A stretch of 11,777 nt of DNA, taken from NCBI GenBank assembly GCA_044868695.1, contig JBIOWP010000012.1:1-11777 (forward strand). The letters run 5' to 3'. Positions within the stretch are counted from its first letter, which is position 1. Every line of letters starts with the position of its first letter. This DNA is from a bacterium (lineage in GTDB: Bacteria > Sysuimicrobiota > Sysuimicrobiia > Sysuimicrobiales > Kaftiobacteriaceae). A program made the translations under genes and the position numbers. Below the pieces are notes generated by a model, which saw nothing but the letters and a program-made list of their open reading frames with translations, was not told the origin of the DNA and searched no databases. Below are positions 1 through 7,763 of this stretch, one piece after another.

Positions 1-489
1 GGCAACGCCGGAAACATCACCGCGTACTGGGCGGGATTCACCGAGTATCGTTCGGCGGGCCGCATCGACCGGCTGCCGAAGATGATCGGCGTGCAGGCGG
101 AAGGCGCGGCGCCGCTGGTCACCGGCCATCCGGTCGAGCAACCGCGCACCGTGGCCTCGGCGATCCGCATCGGCCGGCCCGCCAGCTGGGACGGGGCCTC
201 GACCGCGGTCCGGGAGTCCGGCGGGCAGTTCCTATCGGTCTCAGACGATGAGATCCTCGCGGCGCAATCGCTGCTGGCTCGCGACGGACTCTTTGTGGAA
301 CCCGCGTCGGCCGCGTCGGTGGCGGGGGTGCTCAAGCTGGCTCAACGCGGCCAAGTGGGCCGGGAGGTGGTGTGCGTGCTGACCGGCCACGGCTTGAAAG
401 ATCCCGGGGTCGTGCAGGGCCGCGCGCCGTCCCTCCCGCCGCCGGTTCCCGCGTCGCTGGACGCCATCCGCGCCCGGCTGGTGGGGTAG
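1..489 (+). CDS. thrC: Threonine synthase, C-terminal part (5'-truncated by window edge)
   Basis: Frame 1 is open from base 1: GNAGNITAYWAGF...LPKMIGVQAEGAAP...TVASAIRIGRP...GLFVEPASAASVAG...VCVLTGHGLKDP, which are fold-type II PLP threonine synthase motifs (GNAGN phosphate loop, EPASA, TGHGLKD). Stop TAG at 487-489. Confidence 0.93.
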   Translation, partial: GNAGNITAYWAGFTEYRSAGRIDRLPKMIGVQAEGAAPLVTGHPVEQPRTVASAIRIGRPASWDGASTAVRESGGQFLSVSDDEILAAQSLLARDGLFVEPASAASVAGVLKLAQRGQVGREVVCVLTGHGLKDPGVVQGRAPSLPPPVPASLDAIRARLVG

Positions 490-1341
490 TCACTTCTCGG
501 TTTCCGTCAGGCCCCTCACGAACCAGCGCTGCATGACGATGACGATCACGACCGGCGGCAGCATGGCCAGCAGCGCCGTGGCCATGATGATCGGCCAGTC
601 GACCAGGGCCTCCCCGGTCCCGATCATCTTGGTGATCCCGATGACGACCGTCTCCATCCGCTGGCTGGTCGTGATCAGGAGCGGCCAGAGGTACTGGTTC
701 CAGCCGTAGATGAACAGGATGACGAACAGCGCCGCGATCGTCGTCGTGGAGATCGGGAGCAGCACGCTCCAGAAAAAGCGCAGCGGCCCCGCGCCGTCCA
801 CCTTGGCCGCGTCGACCAGCTCGTCCGGCACCGTCAGGAAGAACTGCCGCAGGATGAGCGTGGCGGTCGCCGAGGCGATCAGCGGGACGGTCAGTCCGGC
901 GTAGGTGTTGATCAGCCCCAGGTCCGAGACGACCTTGAACGTCGGGATGATCCGCACCTCCACCGGCAGCATCAACGTCACGAAGATCATCCAGAAGAAG
1001 AACATGCGCAGCGGGAACTGGAAGAACACGACCGCAAAGGCCGACAGCAGGGAGATGGCGATCTTGCCGGCGGCAATCGTGAGCGCCATGATGAGACTGT
1101 TGCGCATCATCTCGCGCACCGGCGTGCCTCTGATCCGCTCGCCGCTGCCGGTCGCCCAGGTCTGCACGTAGTTCTTCACCGCAAATGGACCAGGCCGCAG
1201 GCCCATCTCCCCGCGGCTGACCGTTCCCAGGTCGTGGGTCGATCCGATGAACGCCAGGTAAACCGGTAGGACGAAGACCACCACGCCGGTGATCAAGATG
1301 AGGTGCGTCGCCCAAGTGCCGGCCCGCCAGCGCGGAGTCAT
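490..1341 (-). CDS. ugpE: sn-glycerol-3-phosphate ABC transporter permease UgpE (CUT1 family, MalG-like)
   Basis: 283 aa with several TM segments and an EAA loop (ELVDAAKVDGAG). UgpE-like segments FFWMIFVTLMLPVEVRI, PLIASATAT and FIYGWNQYLWP are present. The ATG overlaps the ugpA stop (TGATG), suggesting translational coupling. Confidence 0.92.
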   Translation of the reverse strand: MTPRWRAGTWATHLILITGVVVFVLPVYLAFIGSTHDLGTVSRGEMGLRPGPFAVKNYVQTWATGSGERIRGTPVREMMRNSLIMALTIAAGKIAISLLSAFAVVFFQFPLRMFFFWMIFVTLMLPVEVRIIPTFKVVSDLGLINTYAGLTVPLIASATATLILRQFFLTVPDELVDAAKVDGAGPLRFFWSVLLPISTTTIAALFVILFIYGWNQYLWPLLITTSQRMETVVIGITKMIGTGEALVDWPIIMATALLAMLPPVVIVIVMQRWFVRGLTETEK

Positions 1342-2222
1342 CAGTACGACACCCGGCGCTCGATGTACTTGAACTGGACGGCGGTCAGGGTGATCACCAC
1401 CAGCAGCAGGATCACCGACTGCGCCGAAGAGCCGCCCAGGTCGAGGTTGGTCACCCCGTCGGTCCAGACCTTATACATCAACGTCTCCGTGGCTTTTCCC
1501 GGGCCGCCCTTCGTCAGTGAGTGAATCACCCCAAAGGTGTCGAAAAAGGCGTAGATCACGTTCACGATCAGGAGGAAGAACGTCGTCGGGGAGAGCAGCG
1601 GGAAGACGATCTTCCAGAACCGCTGCCGGGAGCCCGCGCCGTCCACGGCCGCGGCTTCGATCAACGAGGGCGGGATGGACTGCAGACCGGCCAGGAAGAA
1701 GATGAAATTATACGACACCTGCTTCCACGAGGCCGCGATCACCACCAGCAGCAGCGCGTGCGCGCCGTTCAGTATGTAGTCCCAGCGGATGCCCGCGTGG
1801 ATCAGCGCCCGGCCGGCAAGGCCGATCGTGGGATGAAAGATGAACAGCCACAGCGCGGCGGCCACCGCGGGCGCGATGGCATACGGCCAGATGAGCAGCG
1901 TCCTGTAGATGACCGCCCCGCGGACCTGTCGGTCCGCGTTGACCGCCAGCAGCAGCCCGGCCGACATGGCGATCAGGATGACCGCGGCCGAGAACAGCGC
2001 CGTCGCACGCAGCGACCCCAGGTAGAACGGATCAGCCAGAATCCGCCTGAAGTTCTCGAACCAGACGAACTGGGAGTGCAGCCCGAAGGGGTCCTGCCGG
2101 AGGGCGGACTGCACGACGGCCTGTCCGGCCGGCCAGTAGAAAAATACCAGCACGACCGCCAGCTGCGGCGCGACCAGCAGATAGGGCAGCGTCCGGCCGG
2201 GGAAGATGGCCCGGCGGTTCAC
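1341..2222 (-). CDS. ugpA: sn-glycerol-3-phosphate ABC transporter permease UgpA (CUT1 family, MalF-like)
   Basis: 293 aa, GTG start. Contains [45 protein letters not shown], the EAA loop EAAAVDGAG, and YAFFDTFG. It lies between the binding protein and the second permease. Confidence 0.92.
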   Translation of the reverse strand: MNRRAIFPGRTLPYLLVAPQLAVVLVFFYWPAGQAVVQSALRQDPFGLHSQFVWFENFRRILADPFYLGSLRATALFSAAVILIAMSAGLLLAVNADRQVRGAVIYRTLLIWPYAIAPAVAAALWLFIFHPTIGLAGRALIHAGIRWDYILNGAHALLLVVIAASWKQVSYNFIFFLAGLQSIPPSLIEAAAVDGAGSRQRFWKIVFPLLSPTTFFLLIVNVIYAFFDTFGVIHSLTKGGPGKATETLMYKVWTDGVTNLDLGGSSAQSVILLLVVITLTAVQFKYIERRVSY

Positions 2223-2249
2223 GGTGCCGCGTGACCCGCCGGGCGGAGG

Positions 2250-3614
2250 CTACTGGCCGATGGTCTGCTGGAACCGGCGCAGGATCTCGTTGCTCCGCCG
2301 CACGGCGGCGTCCAGCGCCTGTCTGGCCGTCTGCTGCCCCTGGAAGGCTTTCTCAATCTCCTCGTAGAGGACCACCCGGATCTCCGGCATGTTGCCCAGG
2401 CGCAGTCCCCTGGAGTTCTTCGTCGGGATGGTGCGGGTCAACTGCTTGATCGGCAGCTCCGCCCACGGGAACCGCTGGTAGTAGCCGGAGGCCGACGCGA
2501 GCTGCATGCCGGTGTAGGTAATCGGCACATATCCCGTCTCCTGGTGCCACTTGGCCGCCTCTTCCGCCGAGCCGATGAACCGGAAGAACTCCGCGACGCC
2601 CCGGTACTCGTCGGCGGAGCGGCGCGGAGCCGTCATGACCCAGAAGGCCGCCCCGCCGATGATCGAGTTCTTGGGCGCGCCTGCCACGTCATCGTAGTAG
2701 GGCAGGTAGGCGATTCCCCAGTCGAACTTCGCCTCCCGTGACACGCGGCCGTACAGCGCGGACGACGCGGTGACCATCGCGCACTCGCCGGTCGGGAAGA
2801 GCGAGTCCCCCGCTGCGTCGCGGCCGCCGTACTTGAACGTCCCGTCCTTCAGCATGTCCACCAGGAACTGCAGGTGGCGCACGTACAGCGGGCCGTTCAC
2901 CGCGGCTTCGGCGTCGAACCCTTCAAACCCATTGGCCCGGGTGGCAAACGGCACGTCATGGAGCGCCCCGAATGTCTCAAGCTGGATCCAGGTGGGCCAC
3001 GCCGTGGTGAAGCCGCATGGCGCGGCATTGGCCACGCGAATCTTCTGGGCCGCCTCGCGCAGCTGGGTCCACGTCTTCGGCGGACTGTCGGGACTCAGGC
3101 CGCCTTTGCGAAACGCGTCTTTGTTGTACCACAGGACAGGCGTGGAACTGTTGAAGGGCATGCCGACCATCTTCCCGTCGGCGCTGCTGTAGTACCCGCG
3201 GACCGCGGGGAGATAGACGGCGGGATCGAAGGGGATCCCCGCCTCCTTCATGAGCTCGTGCACAGGTTTAACGGCACCCCGGGCGGACATCATGGTCGCG
3301 GTGCCCACTTCAAACATCTGCACGATGTGCGGCGCGTTTCCCGCGCGGAAGGCGGCGATCGCCGCCACCATCGTCTCCGGGTAGGATCCCTTGAAGGCGG
3401 CGTTCACCGTGAAGCGCGGCTGCGAGGCGTTGAACCGGGAGACGATGCCCTCCAGGGCTTCGCCGAGCGGCCCCCGCAGCGCGTGCCAGAATTCGAGCTG
3501 GATGCGCCCGGGAGCCTGCGCCCACGCGCGCGGCACGCTGGGGAGCATCGGGACGGAGGCGACCGCGGCGAGCGCGACCGCGGCCAGCGAAACCAGGACC
3601 CTGCGGGACGACAT
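2250..3614 (-). CDS. ugpB: sn-glycerol-3-phosphate ABC transporter substrate-binding protein UgpB
   Basis: 454 aa with an N-terminal signal peptide ending AWA-Q and no lipobox Cys. UgpB-like segments: FWHAL, AIAAFRAGNAPHIVQMFEVGTATMM, PFNSSTPVLWYNKDAF, NSIIGGAAFWV, WHQETGYVP, SRGLRLGN. A G-rich SD-like sequence (GGGGGGTGG) lies just upstream on the minus strand. Confidence 0.93.
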   Translation of the reverse strand: MSSRRVLVSLAAVALAAVASVPMLPSVPRAWAQAPGRIQLEFWHALRGPLGEALEGIVSRFNASQPRFTVNAAFKGSYPETMVAAIAAFRAGNAPHIVQMFEVGTATMMSARGAVKPVHELMKEAGIPFDPAVYLPAVRGYYSSADGKMVGMPFNSSTPVLWYNKDAFRKGGLSPDSPPKTWTQLREAAQKIRVANAAPCGFTTAWPTWIQLETFGALHDVPFATRANGFEGFDAEAAVNGPLYVRHLQFLVDMLKDGTFKYGGRDAAGDSLFPTGECAMVTASSALYGRVSREAKFDWGIAYLPYYDDVAGAPKNSIIGGAAFWVMTAPRRSADEYRGVAEFFRFIGSAEEAAKWHQETGYVPITYTGMQLASASGYYQRFPWAELPIKQLTRTIPTKNSRGLRLGNMPEIRVVLYEEIEKAFQGQQTARQALDAAVRRSNEILRRFQQTIGQ

Positions 3615-3670
3615 GATCCACCCCCCTGGGTGACGGGACTGTCTGCATCACAGCGTGGTCGAGGAGATAG

Positions 3671-3686
3671 GTTCGATACCACGAAC
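3671..3686. promoter_or_regulatory. Palindromic candidate operator GTTCG-ATACCA-CGAAC in the ugpB/glpK divergent spacer
   Basis: Perfect 5-bp inverted repeat with a 6-bp spacer near the middle of the 115-bp intergenic region. The half-sites resemble GlpR-type (TGTTCG-N4-CGAACA) and PcaR/IclR-type operators. Confidence 0.5.
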
Positions 3687-3729
3687 ACTTGGCCTGCCGT
3701 GTCGGCATACCCAGAGATGGAGGCGGACG

Positions 3730-5256
3730 GTGGTTGAGCCGGTCTACGCCGCGGCCCTCGACCAGGGCACCACGGGTACCCGCTTCATGATCTTCACCCG
3801 GAGCGGGGAAGTCCGGGGCACGGCGTACGAGGAGCACAAACAGATCTACCCGCAGCCCGGGTGGGTCGAGCACGACCCGATGGAAATCTGGGAGAAGAGC
3901 GCTCACGTGATCCGGGCCGCGCTGAACCAGGGCCGCGTCCGTCCGGAAGAGATCGCCGGCATCGGGATCACCAACCAGCGGGAGACCACGATCGTCTGGG
4001 ACCGGCGCACCGGCGCGCCCGTTTACAACGCCATCGTCTGGCAGGACACCCGCACGAGCGGCATGTGCCAGAAGATTGTCGACGACGGGTCCGAGCCGGA
4101 GGTGAAGCGGCGCACGGGGTTGGTGAGCGCCACGTACTTCTCCGGGCCGAAGCTGGCGTGGATTCTGGACCATGTTCCGGGAGCCCGCACGCACGCGGAG
4201 CGGGGTGACCTGCTCTTCGGCACGGTGGACACCTGGCTGATTTGGTGGCTCACCGGCGGGCCTGGGAGCGGCGCGCACATCACCGACTGCACCAATGCCT
4301 CCCGCACCATGCTGATGAACCTGGAGCGGCTGGATTGGGACGAGGAGATCCTGACGTACCTGGCGATCCCCCGCGACTGCCTGCCGGCGATCCGGCCGTC
4401 CAGCGACCGCAGTCTCTACGGGATGACGAGCCCGCTCGGGCCGGGCAGCGGAGACGTGCCGGTGTGCGCCGCGTTGGGCGACCAGCAGGCCGCGCTGGTC
4501 GGGCAGACCTGCTTGAACCCAGGCGACACGAAGAACACCTACGGCACGGGGAACTTCCTGCTGATGAACACCGGAGACCAGATCATTCGATCACAGAGCG
4601 GTCTCCTGGCGACCGGTGCGTACAGCCTTGGGCCCGGCCATCGAGTCTACGCGCTGGAAGGGTCGATCGCCATCACAGGGGCGGCGGTGCAGTGGCTGCG
4701 GGACAACCTGCGGCTTATCACCTCCGCATCGGAGACCGAGGCCATCGCGCAGTCGGTGCCCGACACCGGCGGCGTGTACTTCGTCCCGGCGTTTTCCGGC
4801 CTGTTCGCGCCTCACTGGGACATGTACGCTCGCGGCGTGATCGTGGGCCTGACCCGGTTCACCCACCGGGCCCACCTCATCCGCGCCACGCTGGAGGCGA
4901 TCTGCTATCAAACCCGTGAGGTGGTCGATGCGATGCGGCGCGACGCCGGCATCGCGTTCAGCTCGCTCAAAGTCGACGGTGGGGCCGTCCGCAACAACTT
5001 TCTGATGCAGCTGCAGGCCGACATCCTCGGCGTGCCGGTGGTGCGTCCTACGGTGAACGAGACCACAGCGTTGGGAGCGGCCTACCTGGCGGGGCTCGCG
5101 ACCGGGCTGTGGCCGGGGCCCGAGGCCCTGCGGAGCAACTGGCGCGTGGACCGGGTGTTCGAACCGCAGTTGCCCGCGGACCGGCGCGAGGCGGGGTACG
5201 CGGGGTGGCGCCGCGCGGTCGAGCGCAGCCGGTCCTGGGTGGACAGGTCTGGCTAG
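3730..5256 (+). CDS. glpK: Glycerol kinase (FGGY family)
   Basis: Motifs ALDQGTTGTR, PQPGWVEHDP, GITNQRETT, YFSGPK, TDCTNASRT, GDQQAAL, KNTYGTG, FVPAFSGLFAPHW, VDGG and ETTALGAA. I moved the start from the ORF-track 3655 to the in-frame GTG at 3730, which has GGAGG at 3719-3723 and gives 508 aa. Confidence 0.96.
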   Translation: MVEPVYAAALDQGTTGTRFMIFTRSGEVRGTAYEEHKQIYPQPGWVEHDPMEIWEKSAHVIRAALNQGRVRPEEIAGIGITNQRETTIVWDRRTGAPVYNAIVWQDTRTSGMCQKIVDDGSEPEVKRRTGLVSATYFSGPKLAWILDHVPGARTHAERGDLLFGTVDTWLIWWLTGGPGSGAHITDCTNASRTMLMNLERLDWDEEILTYLAIPRDCLPAIRPSSDRSLYGMTSPLGPGSGDVPVCAALGDQQAALVGQTCLNPGDTKNTYGTGNFLLMNTGDQIIRSQSGLLATGAYSLGPGHRVYALEGSIAITGAAVQWLRDNLRLITSASETEAIAQSVPDTGGVYFVPAFSGLFAPHWDMYARGVIVGLTRFTHRAHLIRATLEAICYQTREVVDAMRRDAGIAFSSLKVDGGAVRNNFLMQLQADILGVPVVRPTVNETTALGAAYLAGLATGLWPGPEALRSNWRVDRVFEPQLPADRREAGYAGWRRAVERSRSWVDRSG

Positions 5257-5259
5257 GCC

Positions 5260-6897
5260 GTGACCGCCTCCCGGAGCGAGCAGCTCGACCTTCTGCGGCG
5301 CGGCGTGGAGGTGCTGGTGATCGGCGGCGGGATCACCGGCGCCGGCGTGGCGCTGGACGCGGCGAGCCGCGGCTACCGCGTGGGGCTGGTCGAGCAGGCC
5401 GACTTCGCCGGCGGGACCAGCAGCCGGTCGACCAAACTCGTGCACGGGGGCATTAGGTATCTGCCGCAGGGCCATCTCTCGCTCGTCCGCGAGGCGCTGC
5501 GCGAGCGCACCACGCTGCTGCGGGTGGCGCCGCATCTCGTGCGTCCCCTTCCGTTCCTCCTGCCTCTGTACGCCGGAACCCGCCGCCCGCTCGGTCTCAC
5601 GCTGCCGCCGTTCGCGCGACCGTTCGTGCCGCTCGGGCTCCGCGCCGGACTGACCCTCTACGACTGGTTCTCGCGCGATCCGCGTTTGCGTCATCGGACG
5701 CTCTCCCGGGCGCAGGTCGAACGTGAGGCTGCGGACCTGCGCACCGAGCACCTGCGGGCAGCCTACATCTATTACGATGCCCGCACGGACGACGCCCGCC
5801 TGACGCAGGCCGTGCTGGCCACCGCGCGGGCGCACGGCGCGTGCACGGTCAATTATGCGCGGGTCGTCAGCCTGAAACGCGCCGGAGGCCGGGTTGCCGG
5901 CGCCCAGGTGGAAGACCGGTTGACGGGCGCAGCGCTCGACGTCGATACCGCGTTCGTGGTCAACGCGACCGGTATCTGGGCGGAGCACACGGCGGCACTG
6001 GACAGTCCGCCGGAGTTCCACCTCCGGTACGGCGCGGGGACGCATCTGGTCCTGCGGCCCGATGCGGTGCACACATCGATCGCGCTGATGATCCCGGAGA
6101 CAGACGACGGGCGCGTGGCCTTCATTGTGCCCTGGGCCGGCCGGTTCATCCTGGGAACGACCGACGTACCGTACTCCGGCGACCCGTCGGCTCCGGCGGC
6201 CACGCCGCAGGAGGCGGGCTACCTGTTGGCGCACGCCAACCGGCACCTCCGCCGGCCGCTGGGCCCGGCGGAGGTCAGCGCGGCATTCGCCGGGATCCGC
6301 CCGCTGGTGGCGGCCGCGGACGAGCCCACCGCGGCTCTCGCGCGAGACCACCGGGTTGTCGTGTCTCGCGGCGGGCTGGTCAGCATCGTAGGCGGCAAAC
6401 TGACGACCTACCGCAAGATGGCGGAGGATACTGTTGATGTCATCGCCGCCGGCGATGGGGCGCGCAGGCGGTGCGTGACCGCCGCACTTCCACTGGCTGG
6501 AGGCGAGGACCTCGACGATGCCCGTGCCGCGCTGGCGCAGGCTCCGCTGGCCTCAGACCAGCGCGCGCATCTGCTGGAGACATACGGGTCGGCGGCGGGT
6601 GGTCTGCTGGAGTGGATCCGCACCGAGCCCAATCTGGGGGCGCGGCTGGCGGACGGTCTCCCCGTGACAGCCGTCGAGGTCGTCTACGCCTGCCGGGCGG
6701 AACTCGCCGTCTCACTCACCGACTGCCTCTATCTGCGCACCCGGCTGGCGGTGCTGGACGCCTCGGCCGCCGATGATGCGGCGATCGGCGTCTCGACGCT
6801 CATGGCGCGCGAGTTGGGATGGGACGCCGCGACAACCGCGCATCAATTGCGCGCATACGAAGACCGGCGCGACAGAGAAAGTGCATGGAAAGGCTAG
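5260..6897 (+). CDS. glpD: FAD-dependent glycerol-3-phosphate dehydrogenase/oxidase (GlpD/GlpA family)
   Basis: 545 aa with the Rossmann motif VLVIGGGITGAG, plus GTSSRSTKLVHGGIRYL, GLTLYD, DDARL, VNATGIW, GTTD, GIRPL and GGKLTTYR. It starts 3 bp after the glpK stop. Confidence 0.93.
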   Translation: MTASRSEQLDLLRRGVEVLVIGGGITGAGVALDAASRGYRVGLVEQADFAGGTSSRSTKLVHGGIRYLPQGHLSLVREALRERTTLLRVAPHLVRPLPFLLPLYAGTRRPLGLTLPPFARPFVPLGLRAGLTLYDWFSRDPRLRHRTLSRAQVEREAADLRTEHLRAAYIYYDARTDDARLTQAVLATARAHGACTVNYARVVSLKRAGGRVAGAQVEDRLTGAALDVDTAFVVNATGIWAEHTAALDSPPEFHLRYGAGTHLVLRPDAVHTSIALMIPETDDGRVAFIVPWAGRFILGTTDVPYSGDPSAPAATPQEAGYLLAHANRHLRRPLGPAEVSAAFAGIRPLVAAADEPTAALARDHRVVVSRGGLVSIVGGKLTTYRKMAEDTVDVIAAGDGARRRCVTAALPLAGGEDLDDARAALAQAPLASDQRAHLLETYGSAAGGLLEWIRTEPNLGARLADGLPVTAVEVVYACRAELAVSLTDCLYLRTRLAVLDASAADDAAIGVSTLMARELGWDAATTAHQLRAYEDRRDRESAWKG

Positions 6898-7325
6898 AAG
6901 CGAGGCTGGACCGGCTGGAACCCCGGGCCCTGCGGGCTCGGCGATGGTCCCGGTCCAAACGGCAGACCGGGAATCTGCGGGCCCTGGTACGGCCGCAGCG
7001 GGAAGTATTCGGGCGGACTACCCGGCATGCCCGGCCGGTTGTCCGGGCCCGGCATCAACTGGTACAGCCGGCCCTCATGATAGAAGAGGATGACCGGGTC
7101 GCACTCCTGACCCTGCCCGGGCATCAGCTGCTGTCCCAGCCCCTGGTCGGGCCCGGGCAGCGGGATCATTTCGGGCATCACCTGGGGATTTTGGACCATG
7201 AGCGCGGAGGGAGCCGGACCCGACTGAGCCGCGGCAGTGCCGGCATGCCAGCCGGCAACGTACATCGCGGCGCCGAACGCCAAAGCGCCTGCGATCATCG
7301 CAAGGGTCACGGATCGGCGAAACAT
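6894..7325 (-). CDS. Hypothetical exported Pro/Gly/Gln-rich protein
   Basis: 143 aa. Strong SD (GGGAGGA) about 8 nt before the ATG. The N-terminus looks like a signal peptide (MFRR, hydrophobic stretch, AAA-Q). The gene fills the gap between glpD and the next gene, and its stop overlaps the glpD stop (CTAG, 6894-6897). Confidence 0.8.
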   Translation of the reverse strand: MFRRSVTLAMIAGALAFGAAMYVAGWHAGTAAAQSGPAPSALMVQNPQVMPEMIPLPGPDQGLGQQLMPGQGQECDPVILFYHEGRLYQLMPGPDNRPGMPGSPPEYFPLRPYQGPQIPGLPFGPGPSPSPQGPGFQPVQPRF

Positions 7326-7356
7326 GGATGCATCCTCCCCGAGGGTCCGACTCCTG

Positions 7357-7384
7357 TTCCAACTATACCACCGGCCATTACAAT
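7357..7384 (+). promoter_or_regulatory. Putative sigma70-type promoter (TTCCAA-N16-TACAAT) for a leaderless transcript of the 7391 gene
   Basis: TACAAT at 7379-7384 lies 6 nt before ATG 7391, the geometry typical of leaderless mRNAs. The -35 match at 7357-7362 is weak. Confidence 0.5.
7362..7370 (-). promoter_or_regulatory. Putative extended -10 promoter (TGgTATAGT) for the 6894-7325 gene
   Basis: The minus strand reads TGGTATAGT, matching TGn-TAnnnT, about 37 bp upstream of the ATG. It sits in an AT-richer patch of a GC-rich sequence. Confidence 0.5.
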
Positions 7385-7390
7385 AGAGGC

Positions 7391-7738
7391 ATGGCCTTGA
7401 TCTTCACATTTCCCTGTGGAAGCTGCCGCCGCATCTACAGCGTGTACTATCCCAAGACGCTCCTGTATGAACTGAGCGGCACCGCCCCGCGGGAGATGGG
7501 GACGAAGGAAGACGAGGAAGACCGCGCGTCCGGGGCGGTCGACGCCGCCCGCGCGCGCACTGAGGCGGCGGGCCGGATCTTCATCGACGCCGGGCAGGAG
7601 CTCGAGCGCGTCTGCGCCTGCGGCAAGCGGTTGGACTTCAACATCATGCATCACCCGCGGGTGCCCCAGTCCAAGAACCTGCTGCTGCGGCGGCAGACCG
7701 GGCTGATCCCCTTTCCCACCACCCCCAAGAAGAGCTGA
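7391..7738 (+). CDS. Hypothetical protein with split zinc-ribbon-like Cys pattern (C9xxC12 ... C75xC77G)
   Basis: 115 aa from ATG 7391 (MALIFTFPCGSCRRIY...ERVCACGKRLDF...). Codons are GC3-rich like neighbouring genes. The ORF-track start at 7328 would overlap the divergent gene's SD and promoter. Confidence 0.78.
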   Translation: MALIFTFPCGSCRRIYSVYYPKTLLYELSGTAPREMGTKEDEEDRASGAVDAARARTEAAGRIFIDAGQELERVCACGKRLDFNIMHHPRVPQSKNLLLRRQTGLIPFPTTPKKS

Positions 7739-7746
7739 CCCATCCG

Positions 7747-7760
7747 CGAACAAGAGTTCC
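7747..7760. promoter_or_regulatory. Putative LexA/SOS box of Gram-positive type (CGAAC-AAGA-GTTCC)
   Basis: Matches GAAC-N4-GTTC and the Bacillus subtilis consensus CGAACRNRYGTTYC at all but one position. It ends 3 bp before the -35 hexamer at 7764. Confidence 0.62.
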
Positions 7761-7763
7761 GCG

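Noticed and set aside
2223..2249. Small GC-rich inverted repeat between ugpB and ugpA
   Set aside because: The stem is only 4-5 bp with a very short loop, which is expected by chance at this GC content.
3671..3686. Interpreting the glp spacer palindrome as a second LexA box
   Set aside because: The half-sites are in the opposite orientation (GTTC...GAAC) and the spacing differs from GAAC-N4-GTTC.
3655..3729. ORF-track N-terminal extension of glpK
   Set aside because: GlpK homology begins just before ALDQGTT, GTG 3730 has a GGAGG at good spacing, and the extension would cover the regulatory spacer.
332..4278. Alternative-frame ORFs over ugp and glpK (332-1315, 1521-2234, 2874-3737, 3310-4278 and others)
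   Set aside because: They overlap confident genes and have low-complexity Arg/Pro/Gly composition typical of off-frame GC-rich sequence.
4591..6351. 586-aa antisense ORF over glpK/glpD
   Set aside because: Shadow ORF produced by high-GC codon bias. It is Arg/Gly/Ala-rich with no recognisable motif and lies entirely opposite two well-supported genes.
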